A stretch of 64,000 nucleotides of DNA from a virus, in the IMG/VR virus record IMGVR_UViG_3300045988_122046; one strand, 5' to 3'. The notes beneath the pieces were generated by a model. The model saw nothing but the letters and a program-made list of their open reading frames with translations, was not told where the DNA came from and did no database searches. Positions 47,128 through 57,099 of the stretch are shown here, in pieces (positions within the stretch are counted from its first letter, which is position 1; each line of letters starts with the position of its first letter). The translations under genes and the position numbers were made by a program.

Positions 47128-47160
47128 AAAGAGATAAGGTAACACTTATCTCTTTTTTTA
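47128..47160 (+). terminator. rho-independent terminator
   Basis: aaagagataag-gtaacac-cttatctcttt + T6. Confidence 0.6.
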
Positions 47161-47167
47161 ACAAAAT

Positions 47168-48160
47168 ATGATTACTGCAATTATAGCAATTTTTTGTCTT
47201 ATATTGGGGGCTGGGTTAGTATATCTGTTTATGCAACCAAAAGTTAAAGTTACTCAAGAGGAAGATAAAGAAATTCTCGAAAAGAATAAAGCCGTTCAAT
47301 TTGAGTTACAAGCAATGGAGCAAAGAACGGATTGCTTAAAAGAACAATATGAACAAAAATTGCAAGAATATAAACAATTAAAACAAGATGTTGATAAAGA
47401 ATATAAGGCTTCAGAAGAAAGTGCGAAGAAATATTATCAACAAATGCTTGATTTTTATAAACAAAAATTTCACACTGATACAGAAGAAATTCATGCTATT
47501 TTCATGGACACCAAACACAGTTTAGAAGATAGTTATGAAGAATTGGCTAAAGATTTAGTACAGGATTATTTGGACAAAGAGCAAGAAAGTGTCCAAAAGA
47601 TAAAAAAATTAAATGAAAAAATTCAATTTGAAGAATCTCAGTTAGAAGATTTGCGGCATAAGGTAGAGGCTGCAGTTGCATATGATAAACGCAATGAAGA
47701 GAACAAGAATAAAACTGATTTTTACAAATTAAATTTAACTCAAGATGATTTAGATGAAATTTGTGAATTAAGGAAAATTATTTCTCATTTTAGAAATCCT
47801 GAACCTGTTAATAAGGTTATATGGAAAACATATTATGAAAAACCTTATACTGATTTAATTGGTAGAGTAATTGGTTCTGGCGTTCATTGCGGCATTTATA
47901 AAATTACAAATTTACAAAATAATATGTGTTATGTCGGACAGAGTACGAATATTGCTGAACGTTGGAAACAGCATATTAAACGTGGATTGGGCGCAGATAC
48001 TCCGACCCGCAATAAACTTTATCCTATTATGCAGACTGTTGGAGTTGAAAATTTTTCATTTGAAATTATTGAAGAATGTACAAAATCTCAATTAAATGAT
48101 AGAGAAGATTATTGGCAAGATTTTTTTAAAGCAAAAGAATTTGGTTATAGTATAAAATAA
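47168..48160 (+). CDS. membrane-anchored coiled-coil protein with C-terminal GIY-YIG nuclease domain
   Basis: N-terminal TM helix, long coiled coil, then GIYKITNLQNNMCYVGQSTNIAERWKQH. Confidence 0.5.
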   Translation: MITAIIAIFCLILGAGLVYLFMQPKVKVTQEEDKEILEKNKAVQFELQAMEQRTDCLKEQYEQKLQEYKQLKQDVDKEYKASEESAKKYYQQMLDFYKQKFHTDTEEIHAIFMDTKHSLEDSYEELAKDLVQDYLDKEQESVQKIKKLNEKIQFEESQLEDLRHKVEAAVAYDKRNEENKNKTDFYKLNLTQDDLDEICELRKIISHFRNPEPVNKVIWKTYYEKPYTDLIGRVIGSGVHCGIYKITNLQNNMCYVGQSTNIAERWKQHIKRGLGADTPTRNKLYPIMQTVGVENFSFEIIEECTKSQLNDREDYWQDFFKAKEFGYSIK

Positions 48161-48174
48161 AGGAGAAAATTGTT

Positions 48175-48468
48175 ATGTATAGAATTATTGATGGACGAGG
48201 AACAGGAAAAACTTCTCGACTATTTTTACTTGCAAAAGAAGCCGGTGTTCCGATTATTTGCCAGTGTCCGCAAGATATGAGAGAAAGAGCTTATTCTTAT
48301 GGAATAACTGGAATTGATTTTATGAGTTATCAAGAGGCCATTACCGCAGGAGATAAATCTGACATGGCTAAAGAGGTCTTTGTTGATAATATTGAACAAT
48401 TTTCTTATTATATATTAATGAAAAATCATTTTAAGTTGAAAGGATTTACAGTATCAAATGAAGATTAA
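48175..48468 (+). CDS. hypothetical protein with P-loop-like GRGTGKTS motif
   Basis: short ORF; motif only. Confidence 0.4.
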   Translation: MYRIIDGRGTGKTSRLFLLAKEAGVPIICQCPQDMRERAYSYGITGIDFMSYQEAITAGDKSDMAKEVFVDNIEQFSYYILMKNHFKLKGFTVSNED

Positions 48469-48781
48469 AGTATTTACAACTGACCAAAAAGGTTATATTA
48501 CTTTAACACAGAAAGAGCTTCAAGAGCTTTTAAATGAAGCTTATTGGGAAGGTTATAATGAGGGAAATAGACCTATACCAACTTATCCTAATCGTCCAAA
48601 TCCTTACTATTGGACTACTGCAACAAACGGTAATGTAACTTTATTAAATAATCCAGATGTTACTAATAATGCTAAAATTAGTACACCAACAGTAACAACT
48701 ACTACTGAAAGCTTATCAATTAAAGCGGAAGATATGAAACCATATTCAATTAGTTATGATACAAAAATCAGAGGTAAATAA
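48458..48781 (+). CDS. hypothetical protein
   Basis: overlapping start. Confidence 0.45.
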   Translation: MKIKVFTTDQKGYITLTQKELQELLNEAYWEGYNEGNRPIPTYPNRPNPYYWTTATNGNVTLLNNPDVTNNAKISTPTVTTTTESLSIKAEDMKPYSISYDTKIRGK

Positions 48782-48784
48782 AGA

Positions 48785-49681
48785 ATGAAATTTGAAAATA
48801 TAAAAGTTTATAATTTTGAAAATGCTTTAAGAGGAATGAGAAATCCAAAAAACTCTTGGAATTTAAGTGATAGTTATTTTGGACTTATTAATATAGATGA
48901 TGATGAGCATGATTATGAAGTTGCTGAAGAGTGGGTTCAGAAAAAATTTCCTAATTATCCATCTGATGCAGATAATGAGGCTCTTATGGCTCAAGAGGAA
49001 TATGATAGATGGCTTTTAAATAATGGTATTCTTGAAATTAATTTTGACCATCAGTTAGCTAATGTCGCTTTTATTGGTCCAAATGATATGAAGCTCGCTA
49101 AGGCTCTTATTCATGGCGGTTCCGAGCATAGAAAATTTTTAAGACAAATTATGGTAACAGTTGACATTACAGCCCCACTTTACTGGTTCAAAGAATTTGA
49201 TACTTACAAAATTGGCACAACTGCAAATTCTACATCTACAATGCATAAACTTACAAGTAAGCCAATTACAAAAGATTGTTTTGAAATTGGGGATTATGAC
49301 CAAGATTTATCTGTCGATTTTACAGACCAATCTCTTGCTGGAGAAAATGGTTTTACTGACCACTGGCATATGGATATGTTTGTTGATGACCTTATTGATA
49401 GATTAGAAGAGCTTAGACTTGCTTATTTACAAACTAAAGATAAACGCTATTGGAAAGAACTCGTTCGTTGGTTACCAGAGTCTTGGCTTCAGACAAGAAC
49501 TGTCACAATGAATTATGAAAACGTTCTGGCTATGGTTCATCAGAGGGGCCATCATAAACTTACAGAATGGTCTGGAGATGGCGAAGAATTTATCAATGAA
49601 AGTTTCATTAAATTTGCTCATTCTTTACCTTATTCTGACGATTTTATCTTTACAGACAACAATACAACAGAAAGTAAGTAA
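48785..49681 (+). CDS. hypothetical protein
   Basis: ORF 298 aa; no confident family call (ThyX-like idea rejected). Confidence 0.5.
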   Translation: MKFENIKVYNFENALRGMRNPKNSWNLSDSYFGLINIDDDEHDYEVAEEWVQKKFPNYPSDADNEALMAQEEYDRWLLNNGILEINFDHQLANVAFIGPNDMKLAKALIHGGSEHRKFLRQIMVTVDITAPLYWFKEFDTYKIGTTANSTSTMHKLTSKPITKDCFEIGDYDQDLSVDFTDQSLAGENGFTDHWHMDMFVDDLIDRLEELRLAYLQTKDKRYWKELVRWLPESWLQTRTVTMNYENVLAMVHQRGHHKLTEWSGDGEEFINESFIKFAHSLPYSDDFIFTDNNTTESK

Positions 49682-49688
49682 AACAATA

Positions 49689-49717
49689 TTGATTTTTATT
49701 TAAAAAAATGTTATAAT
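49689..49717 (+). promoter_or_regulatory. conserved phage promoter
   Basis: TTGATT 49689-49694, TATAAT 49712-49717. Confidence 0.5.
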
Positions 49718-49728
49718 ATACTTATAAG

Positions 49729-50109
49729 ATGAAAGATGAAAGCGAGTTAAAGAGAATGAGTAAAAAAGAAAAATTTATTGAATGTATAGATTCATTATTT
49801 GCAGATTTAGATATGGCAGATGTTGACCCAGATGTAATTGCTTATTGGGAGGCTTTTAAAGGAAAAGGTACTTCTGATAAACCATTATTTACTGATAATG
49901 GAAAGATGATTTTAAAATATATGCAGGAACATGTTTCTGATATGCCAATGGGTAAAGCAAAAGATATTGCGGAAGGAATGTTTGTTTCTTCAAGAACTGT
50001 ATCTGGCGCAATTCAGAAACTTGTTAAAGATGGATATGTTGAGAAGATTGGGTCAGACCCAGTTGTCTATGCTTTAACAGATAATGGAAAAACAGTTAAT
50101 ATTGAATAA
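49729..50109 (+). CDS. putative winged-helix DNA-binding protein
   Basis: C-terminal VSSRTVSGAIQKLVKDGYVEKIG resembles MarR/wHTH recognition helix-wing. Confidence 0.4.
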   Translation: MKDESELKRMSKKEKFIECIDSLFADLDMADVDPDVIAYWEAFKGKGTSDKPLFTDNGKMILKYMQEHVSDMPMGKAKDIAEGMFVSSRTVSGAIQKLVKDGYVEKIGSDPVVYALTDNGKTVNIE

Positions 50110-50178
50110 ATTTTTATGGGCATGATTAATTAAAAAGTAATTAATTAAACTCACATATATATGTGAGGAGGAATACAA

Positions 50179-50847
50179 ATGTCTATAGGAATTTATAAGA
50201 TTGAAAATTTAATAAATCATAAAGTCTATATTGGTCAAAGTATAGAAATCGAAAGAAGATGGCAAAAACATCTTGGTGCAAAAGATGATTTTGTTATTCA
50301 TAGAGCTCTTCGTAAATATGGAAAAGAAAATTTTTCTTTTCAAATTATTGAAGAGTGTGATTTATTAGATTTAAACAAAAAAGAAGAATATTGGATAACT
50401 TATTATAATTCTTTAGTTCCAAATGGCTACAATATGATCCAAGGTGGTAGTAATGGAGTAGGATTAGCCAAAGGTAAAAAAGTTTTACAATATTCTTTAA
50501 ATGGAGAATTTCTTGAGGAATATTCCAGTGCTAATCAAGCAAGTTTAATAACTGGGATTGACCATGGGTCTATTTGTGCTTGTTGCAGAGGAAAATATCA
50601 ACAGGCAGGTGGCTATCAATGGAAATATTCTGAAGAAAAAGAAAAAGAAAAAGAAATTAAACCAATAAAAAAAAGAACTAATTATGAAGTATTACAAATT
50701 GATGTAAAGACAAATAAAGTTATTCAAGAATTTTCTTCCATTAAAGAAGCTACAACCAAAACAGGCATAGCAAGTTCTACAATTTGTAATGTTTGTAATG
50801 GTAAAGGTAAAACTGCTGGTGGATTTAAGTGGAAATATAAAAAATAA
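50179..50847 (+). CDS. GIY-YIG homing endonuclease (free-standing)
   Basis: IGIYKIENLINHKVYIGQSIEIERRWQKH; C-terminal repeated GGYQWKY / GGFKWKY DNA-binding modules. Confidence 0.7.
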   Translation: MSIGIYKIENLINHKVYIGQSIEIERRWQKHLGAKDDFVIHRALRKYGKENFSFQIIEECDLLDLNKKEEYWITYYNSLVPNGYNMIQGGSNGVGLAKGKKVLQYSLNGEFLEEYSSANQASLITGIDHGSICACCRGKYQQAGGYQWKYSEEKEKEKEIKPIKKRTNYEVLQIDVKTNKVIQEFSSIKEATTKTGIASSTICNVCNGKGKTAGGFKWKYKK

Positions 50848-50893
50848 AATGTTATAATTAAAATATAAGTTAAAAATAAAGGAGATAAGATAT

Positions 50894-51841
50894 ATGAAAA
50901 GCATGGTGAATAGAAGTCATTTGGAAGGATTTATTTATGAGCATGACTTACAGTTAAGAGAGTCTGGTGCAAATTCAAAACATCCAGGAACTAAATTTAT
51001 TATGGGTAATCTTAGTATTGCTACTGATAATGATATGACAAATATTGTACCTGTTCATTTTACATATGTAACAGCAACAACTGCAAAAGGAAATACAAAT
51101 GCAACATTTGGTATTCTTAATCAGATTATCAATGGAGAGCTTGGTTCTGTAATGGAACATGGTAAAGAGAATGCTGCAAAAGTTCGTGTTGATTCTGCAG
51201 TTGGTTTAAATGAATTTTATTCTGATAGAAATGGTGAAGAGCAGCTTGTTTCTATAAAGAGAAATGAAGGCGGATTCGTTCATACTTGTGTTGATTTGAA
51301 TGAAGACGAGAAAATGAGAAATACTTTTGAAGCTGATATTCTTATTACAAATGTAAGAACTATTGATGCAAATGAAGAGCAGAATACTCCTGAAAAAGCT
51401 ATTATCAAAGGCGCGATTTTTGATTTCAGAGGTGCAGTTCTTCCTGTTGAATTTTCAGCAATTAATCCAGGAGCTATTTCTTATTTTGAGGGACTTGGTG
51501 CATCTGCAAAAGAACCTGTATTTACAAAAGTAAAAGGTCGTCAGGTATCTGAAGTAATTACTCGTACAATTACTGAAGAGTCTGCATTTGGTGAGCCTTA
51601 TGTAAGAACAGTTCAGTCTAATAGAAAAGATTGGGTTATCACTTGGGCTCTTCCAGATCCATATGTATGGGATGATGCAAGCACAATTACTGCGGCAGAG
51701 CTGACTGAGGCTCTTGCAAATAGAGAAGTTTATCTTGCTGATGTGAAGAAACGTCAGGACGAGTATAAGGCTTCTAAAGGACAGGCAGCCGCTCCAACTT
51801 CTGCAACTCCTGCAAAGGGCGGCGGCGCATTTAACTTCTAA
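50894..51841 (+). CDS. hypothetical protein (possible DNA-binding/recombination partner of downstream Sak4-like ATPase)
   Basis: position only; no motif recognised. Confidence 0.45.
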   Translation: MKSMVNRSHLEGFIYEHDLQLRESGANSKHPGTKFIMGNLSIATDNDMTNIVPVHFTYVTATTAKGNTNATFGILNQIINGELGSVMEHGKENAAKVRVDSAVGLNEFYSDRNGEEQLVSIKRNEGGFVHTCVDLNEDEKMRNTFEADILITNVRTIDANEEQNTPEKAIIKGAIFDFRGAVLPVEFSAINPGAISYFEGLGASAKEPVFTKVKGRQVSEVITRTITEESAFGEPYVRTVQSNRKDWVITWALPDPYVWDDASTITAAELTEALANREVYLADVKKRQDEYKASKGQAAAPTSATPAKGGGAFNF

Positions 51842-52014
51842 TGACAGTTTCTGAATTAATTATTTTACTACAGTCGTATCCAAAAGATGCGATTGTAGTA
51901 AATGATATGGGAATTGTATCAAAAGAAGATATTTATATACAAAATGAATTTTATAATGGTGACAGTGCAAATCCTAATTGTGAAATTTTAAAAGATGTTG
52001 TAAGAATTGATTAA
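51841..52014 (+). CDS. small protein (57 aa), start overlaps upstream stop (TAATG)
   Basis: translational coupling. Confidence 0.35.
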   Translation: MTVSELIILLQSYPKDAIVVNDMGIVSKEDIYIQNEFYNGDSANPNCEILKDVVRID

Positions 52015-52064
52015 AATAAAAATTGCGGGTGGTCGGATGCCAATGCCGCAAGAAGGAGAAAAGA

Positions 52065-53042
52065 ATGGGAATTAATTTATTAAATATTGAGCCACATAAG
52101 GTTAGTAAAGATTTAAGTGGATATATCACTTACATCTATGGGGCTCCTAAAACAGGAAAAACAACTTTAGCAGTTCAGATGCCAAAAACACTTTTACTCG
52201 CTTTTGAACGTGGATATAACGCATTGCCTGGTGTAATTGCTCAGGATGTTACCTCTTGGGGAGATATGAAACAGGTTATGAGAGAGCTTAAAAAGCCAGA
52301 AGTTAAGGCTAATTTTGATGCCGTAGTTGTTGATACTATTGATATTGCTTCTGATTTTTGTCAGAAATATATTTGTCAGCAAAAAGGTATTGAGGCTCTT
52401 GGAGACCTTGGATATGGAAAAGGTTGGACTGCTTTTAAGGATGAGTTTAATGATGTATTTAGAGGTTTAACTCAGTTAGGATACGCAGTATTTTTCATCG
52501 GTCACCACAAAGAGCAGACAATTACGAATGATGATGGAACAGAAAGAATTGTAATTCGTCCTGCACTTAGTAATTCAACAAGACAAGTTATTGAAGGCAT
52601 GGCTGATATTTATGGATATGCTCATCAGTCTAATAAGAATGAAATGTCTGTATTAACACTTCGTTGTCCAGATGATTCTATTAGCTGTGGTGGTCGTTTT
52701 AAATATATTGCAAGTGAGTTTCCAATGAGTTATGATAATCTTGTAGAAGAGATTCATAAAGCTATTGATAAAGAAGCTCTTGAGCATGGTAATCAGTATG
52801 TTACAAATGAACGTGAAAAACCTGTTGAGAAAGAGGAATTAAATTATGATGCATTAATGAATAAGTTCCAGGAGTTAGTTGGTAATTTAATGCAAACTTC
52901 TGAAGCTAATGGACCTAAGATTACAAAGATTATTGAGAAATATCTTGGTAAGGGTCGTAAGATTGCGGACGCAACTCCAGAGCAAGTTGAGATGATTAAC
53001 TTAATTGTAACTGAGATTGAAGATGAATTAATGCATAGCTAA
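52065..53042 (+). CDS. Sak4-like (AAA_24) RecA-fold ATPase
   Basis: ITYIYGAPKTGKTTLA Walker A, VVVDTID Walker B; RBS agaaggagaaaagaATG. Confidence 0.65.
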   Translation: MGINLLNIEPHKVSKDLSGYITYIYGAPKTGKTTLAVQMPKTLLLAFERGYNALPGVIAQDVTSWGDMKQVMRELKKPEVKANFDAVVVDTIDIASDFCQKYICQQKGIEALGDLGYGKGWTAFKDEFNDVFRGLTQLGYAVFFIGHHKEQTITNDDGTERIVIRPALSNSTRQVIEGMADIYGYAHQSNKNEMSVLTLRCPDDSISCGGRFKYIASEFPMSYDNLVEEIHKAIDKEALEHGNQYVTNEREKPVEKEELNYDALMNKFQELVGNLMQTSEANGPKITKIIEKYLGKGRKIADATPEQVEMINLIVTEIEDELMHS

Positions 53043-53057
53043 GATATATAATCTTAA

Positions 53058-53094
53058 AGTCAATCCAAGTTATATCCTTGGATTGACTTTTTTA
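53058..53094 (+). terminator. rho-independent terminator overlapping next promoter -35
   Basis: agtcaatccaag-gttatatc-cttggattgact + T6. Confidence 0.6.
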
Positions 53095-53111
53095 TTGAAA
53101 AATGATATAAT
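53083..53111 (+). promoter_or_regulatory. promoter TTGACT-N17-TATAAT
   Basis: -35 53083-53088 (inside terminator 3' arm), -10 53106-53111. Confidence 0.5.
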
Positions 53112-53145
53112 ATTATTATAGATTGGGAGAAAGGAGTAAGAATAT

Positions 53146-53673
53146 TTGGCACATAAAGTAAAATGTATATATTGTCATCAAACGTTTGATAGAGATAAAT
53201 ATTCTTTTGTTCAAGTCTCACCAAGAAGATATGCTCATACTGAATGTGCAAGTAAAGAGCAAAGTCGATTAAAGCAAGAAGAAGCTGATAAAATAGCTTT
53301 AGAAGAATATATCATTAAATTGTTGGGCGATGACTTTATAACTCCAAGAGTTAGAAAACAAATAAATACATACATTGAACAATACCAATATACTTATTCG
53401 GGAATTAGAAAAGCTTTAGTTTATTTTTATGAGATAAAAGGTAATTCTACAGAAAAAGCAAATGGCGGCATAGGTATCGTTCCTTATGTTTATAAAGATG
53501 CTTTTAATTATTATTATTCCATTTGGGAAGCGAATCAAAAAAATCAGGATAAAGATGTTCAAGAATTTGTTTCAAAAGAAAAAGTTATAAAAATCGAACC
53601 CCCAAAAAGGAATTTGAGAAAACGGAGATTATTTGCATTTTTAGACGAGGAGGAAGCTGAAAGTGGCGAGTAA
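53146..53673 (+). CDS. hypothetical protein with N-terminal zinc ribbon (TTG start)
   Basis: CIYCHQ...HTEC; RBS gaaaggagtaag. Confidence 0.5.
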   Translation: MAHKVKCIYCHQTFDRDKYSFVQVSPRRYAHTECASKEQSRLKQEEADKIALEEYIIKLLGDDFITPRVRKQINTYIEQYQYTYSGIRKALVYFYEIKGNSTEKANGGIGIVPYVYKDAFNYYYSIWEANQKNQDKDVQEFVSKEKVIKIEPPKRNLRKRRLFAFLDEEEAESGE

Positions 53674-55204
53674 GTATGTCGATGTGACTGCAATAATGCA
53701 GGTAATTGGATGTGTTTATAATAATCCTCAGATTTTGGAGTTTGAAGATAAATATACTATTACAGATGAAGATTTTCCAGATGAATTTCATCGAACTGTA
53801 TTTGGTGCTATTTATAAAATTTATGAGCTTGGAGCAAAAACTATCACATTAGAGAACTTAGCTGATTTTTTAAGTTCAAGACCAAAATCTGCGGCAATAT
53901 ATAAAAAAAATGATGGCGATAAATGGCTATTAAAGGTAGCTGATGTCGCATCTCAGTTGTCTTTTGATTTCTATTATAATAGATTGAAGAAGATGACACT
54001 ATTAAGAGCGTATGATAATTATGGAGTAGATGTTTCTGATATCTATGACCCAGATAATATCTTAGATATCAAAAAGAAACAACTTCAAGAAGATTTGTTA
54101 GATAATTCGTCTTTAGAGGAAATTGCGGATAGGGTTGACCGCAAAATAAGTGATATTCGTTTAAAATATGTTGATGATACTACTGGAGAAGCTATCCAAG
54201 CCGGAAAAGGTGTTTTACAATTAATCCAAAAATTTAAAGACCATCCAGAAGTAGGAGTACCTCTTTATGGAAGGTTAGTAAATACAGTTACTCGTGGAGC
54301 AAGATTAAAAAAGTTTTATTTACGATCTGCGGCAACTGGTATAGGTAAGACTCGTTCAATGATTGCGGATGCTTGTAATATAGCTTGTAACAAGATATAT
54401 GATGAATCTTTTGGATGGATTAATAATGGTACATCTGAACCAACTTTGTTTATTACAACAGAACAGGAGCTTGAAGAAATTCAGACAATGATGTTAGCTT
54501 TTCTTTCTAATGTAAATGAAGAGCATATCATTAATGGTGAATATGAAGGCGATGAAGAAGAGCGAGTTATTAAAGCTGGAGAAATTCTTGAAAGTAGTCC
54601 ATTATATGTTGAAGAATTACCAGACTTTTCATTAAAGGATGTTGAAAATGTAATTAAGAAAAATATTCGTGACCATGATGTAAAATATATTTTTCACGAT
54701 TATATTCATACCAGTTTGAAAATTTTGGAAGAAATTACAAAAAGAAGTGGTGGAGTTAAACTTCGTGAAGATAATATCTTATTTATGTTATCAAATAAAT
54801 TAAAAGATATTTGTAACCAGTATGGAGTCTTTATTATGTCTGCAACGCAGTTAAATGGAGATTATCAAGAAGCAAAAACTCCTGACCAAAATTTACTTCG
54901 TGGTGCAAAATCTATTGCTGATAAGATTGATTATGGTTCAATTTTATTAAGTGTTAAAGAAGAAGATATTGATGCTCTTGATTCAATTCTTTCTTCAAAT
55001 ATCTTTGAAAAGCCTACTATTAAAATGTCTATTTATAAGAATAGACGTGGTAGATATAAAGGAATTATTATGTGGTGTAAAGCAGATTTAGGAACTTGTA
55101 GAATCCAACCTATGTTCTGTACTACATATGATTATGAACTTATTAACATGGATGATATAAAAATTATTGTAGAGAAAGGTGCTTGGGACGATGATGAAGA
55201 GTGA
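53663..55204 (+). CDS. DnaB-like replicative helicase
   Basis: N-terminal DnaB-like helical domain; RecA-like core with Walker A AATGIGKTRS. Confidence 0.7.
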   Translation: MASKYVDVTAIMQVIGCVYNNPQILEFEDKYTITDEDFPDEFHRTVFGAIYKIYELGAKTITLENLADFLSSRPKSAAIYKKNDGDKWLLKVADVASQLSFDFYYNRLKKMTLLRAYDNYGVDVSDIYDPDNILDIKKKQLQEDLLDNSSLEEIADRVDRKISDIRLKYVDDTTGEAIQAGKGVLQLIQKFKDHPEVGVPLYGRLVNTVTRGARLKKFYLRSAATGIGKTRSMIADACNIACNKIYDESFGWINNGTSEPTLFITTEQELEEIQTMMLAFLSNVNEEHIINGEYEGDEEERVIKAGEILESSPLYVEELPDFSLKDVENVIKKNIRDHDVKYIFHDYIHTSLKILEEITKRSGGVKLREDNILFMLSNKLKDICNQYGVFIMSATQLNGDYQEAKTPDQNLLRGAKSIADKIDYGSILLSVKEEDIDALDSILSSNIFEKPTIKMSIYKNRRGRYKGIIMWCKADLGTCRIQPMFCTTYDYELINMDDIKIIVEKGAWDDDEE

Positions 55205-55481
55205 AAAAAATTATAGTAAGAAAAATTATAAGGTAAATAATTTTACAAAGAAGAAAACTAAAAAGAAAGAAAGTAGAGTAGCAAAAGTTGCTCGTCAGTA
55301 TGTAGCTCCAAAAGAAATCAGAGCTGGTATGCAGTTTGAGTATAAAATGCCTATTCCTATGTATGAGGATATTCTTAAAGAGTGTAAGAAAGATGGCGGC
55401 GAGGCTCAGGTATATCTTTGCAATTGGGTAAATGAGCAGTTTGGATTGCTTGGAACTTGCGTAAGAGTTATCCCAGGTTAA
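55179..55481 (+). CDS. hypothetical basic protein
   Basis: overlapping start. Confidence 0.4.
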   Translation: MLGTMMKSEKNYSKKNYKVNNFTKKKTKKKESRVAKVARQYVAPKEIRAGMQFEYKMPIPMYEDILKECKKDGGEAQVYLCNWVNEQFGLLGTCVRVIPG

Positions 55482-55485
55482 TATT

Positions 55486-55674
55486 ATGGATAAGCAAGAA
55501 ATAACAATTCTTCGACTTATGGGACAGGATAAATTCGTTGCTGGCAGAAAATTAACTCTGTCAGCAGACGAATATAAAATAACTGGTCCAATGAAAAAGT
55601 TTGAAGAACAAACTGGAATAGATTTGACCGCAATAACAGATTTAACATTCTTTTGGCCAGAAAGTGAAAAGTAA
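55486..55674 (+). CDS. hypothetical small protein
   Basis: ORF-track. Confidence 0.4.
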   Translation: MDKQEITILRLMGQDKFVAGRKLTLSADEYKITGPMKKFEEQTGIDLTAITDLTFFWPESEK

Positions 55675-56781
55675 ATGATTAATTATGATAAGAGCGAAAT
55701 TAGAGAAGTTTTAGAGTTAGAAAATATATTTGAGTTATTGCAGGAGTGGGGAGGAGACCCAGAGTATACTGGCTTTGGAATCCTCTCTTCTACTATATGT
55801 CATAATGAACCAGGAGAAGGAAGTCGTAAACTATATTATTATAGTAATTCAGGCTTGTTTAGATGTTATACTGGTTGTGATAGTTATTTTGATATTTTTG
55901 AATTAACCAGAAAAGTTGCTAAAATTCAATGGTCAGAAGAATATGACCTAAATGATGCGGTACGTTGGGTTGCAAGAAGATTTGGTATTGCAGGAAGAAA
56001 TGAAGATGGTTCTGAGTCTGACGATAAAATTGAAGATTGGAAACTTTTAGCGAATTATGAAAAAATAAAAGAAATAGAGTTAAGAGAAAATAAGATAGAA
56101 TTAAAAGAATTTAATGCAGATATTTTAACACGATTTAATTATAATGTTCTTATTATGCCTTGGATAAAAGAAGGAATAACTACTGAAGTTATGAAACTTG
56201 CTCAGATAGGCTATTATCCAGGAGCAGACCAAATTACAATTCCACATTTTGATGTTAATGGTAGATTTATTGGTTTAAGAGGTAGAACTTTAATTGCGGA
56301 CGAAGCTGAGATATATGGAAAATATAGACCTATGCGAATTAATAAACTATTATATAATCATCCTCTTGGAATGAATTTATATGGTTTAAATTGGAGTAAA
56401 GATAATATTAAAACAATGGGAAAGGCTATTGTTTTTGAATCTGAAAAATCTGTGTTGATGTATGCAAGTTATTTTGGTTGGGACAATAATATTTCGGTTG
56501 CTTGTTGCGGTTCAAGTTTGTCCGCAAGGCAAATTCAATTATTGAAAGACGCTGGGGCAAAAGAAATTATTATTGCTTTTGATAGACAGTTTCAAGAAAT
56601 TGGAGATAAAGAATTTAAACACTTAACAAGAAATCTTACAAGAATTAATGATAAATATAAGAATGATGTAAATATTAGCTTTATATTTGATAAGAATATG
56701 ATTACTGGATATAAAGCAAGTCCAATAGATGAAGGGTCTGAAAAATTTCTTATATTATTTAAAGAAAGGATTTTATTATGA
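55675..56781 (+). CDS. DnaG-like primase (zinc-binding domain plus Toprim)
   Basis: CHNEPGEGSRKLYYYSNSGLFRCYTGC zinc ribbon like DnaG CPFHxExTPSF..CFGC; Toprim-like AIVFESEKSVLMYA / IIIAFDRQFQE. Confidence 0.6.
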   Translation: MINYDKSEIREVLELENIFELLQEWGGDPEYTGFGILSSTICHNEPGEGSRKLYYYSNSGLFRCYTGCDSYFDIFELTRKVAKIQWSEEYDLNDAVRWVARRFGIAGRNEDGSESDDKIEDWKLLANYEKIKEIELRENKIELKEFNADILTRFNYNVLIMPWIKEGITTEVMKLAQIGYYPGADQITIPHFDVNGRFIGLRGRTLIADEAEIYGKYRPMRINKLLYNHPLGMNLYGLNWSKDNIKTMGKAIVFESEKSVLMYASYFGWDNNISVACCGSSLSARQIQLLKDAGAKEIIIAFDRQFQEIGDKEFKHLTRNLTRINDKYKNDVNISFIFDKNMITGYKASPIDEGSEKFLILFKERILL

Positions 56782-57080
56782 TAGTAGATGAACCTTTTAA
56801 CCCTAATAAATATCCATTAAGAGATTATGCCGGCTTTAGTATAGAAGTGCCTATTCATGGAGATAGATATGGCGCCAGATGTAAATTTTCTCGGGCGCAT
56901 AGGGAAGTATTAGATATTATTGATGCAAATATGATTAGTTTTACTTTTCAAGATTATTGGGAATTTAATGAATTTGTAGGTATGTTAAATGAAATGAAAA
57001 AATCCCTTGAAGAAAAAGCTGGATATGGAAAAGAAGTTAGTTCAGTAAATAGAATTAACTTTGATAATAAGGGAGTGTGA
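56778..57080 (+). CDS. hypothetical protein
   Basis: 4-nt overlap coupling. Confidence 0.45.
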   Translation: MIVDEPFNPNKYPLRDYAGFSIEVPIHGDRYGARCKFSRAHREVLDIIDANMISFTFQDYWEFNEFVGMLNEMKKSLEEKAGYGKEVSSVNRINFDNKGV

Positions 57081-57099
57081 TGAGTAAAATGAAAGGAGG

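Noticed and set aside
48785-49681. Flavin-dependent thymidylate synthase (ThyX) for the 298-aa ORF
   Set aside because: The overall spacing is vaguely reminiscent, but the essential RHR and SQRY motifs are absent.
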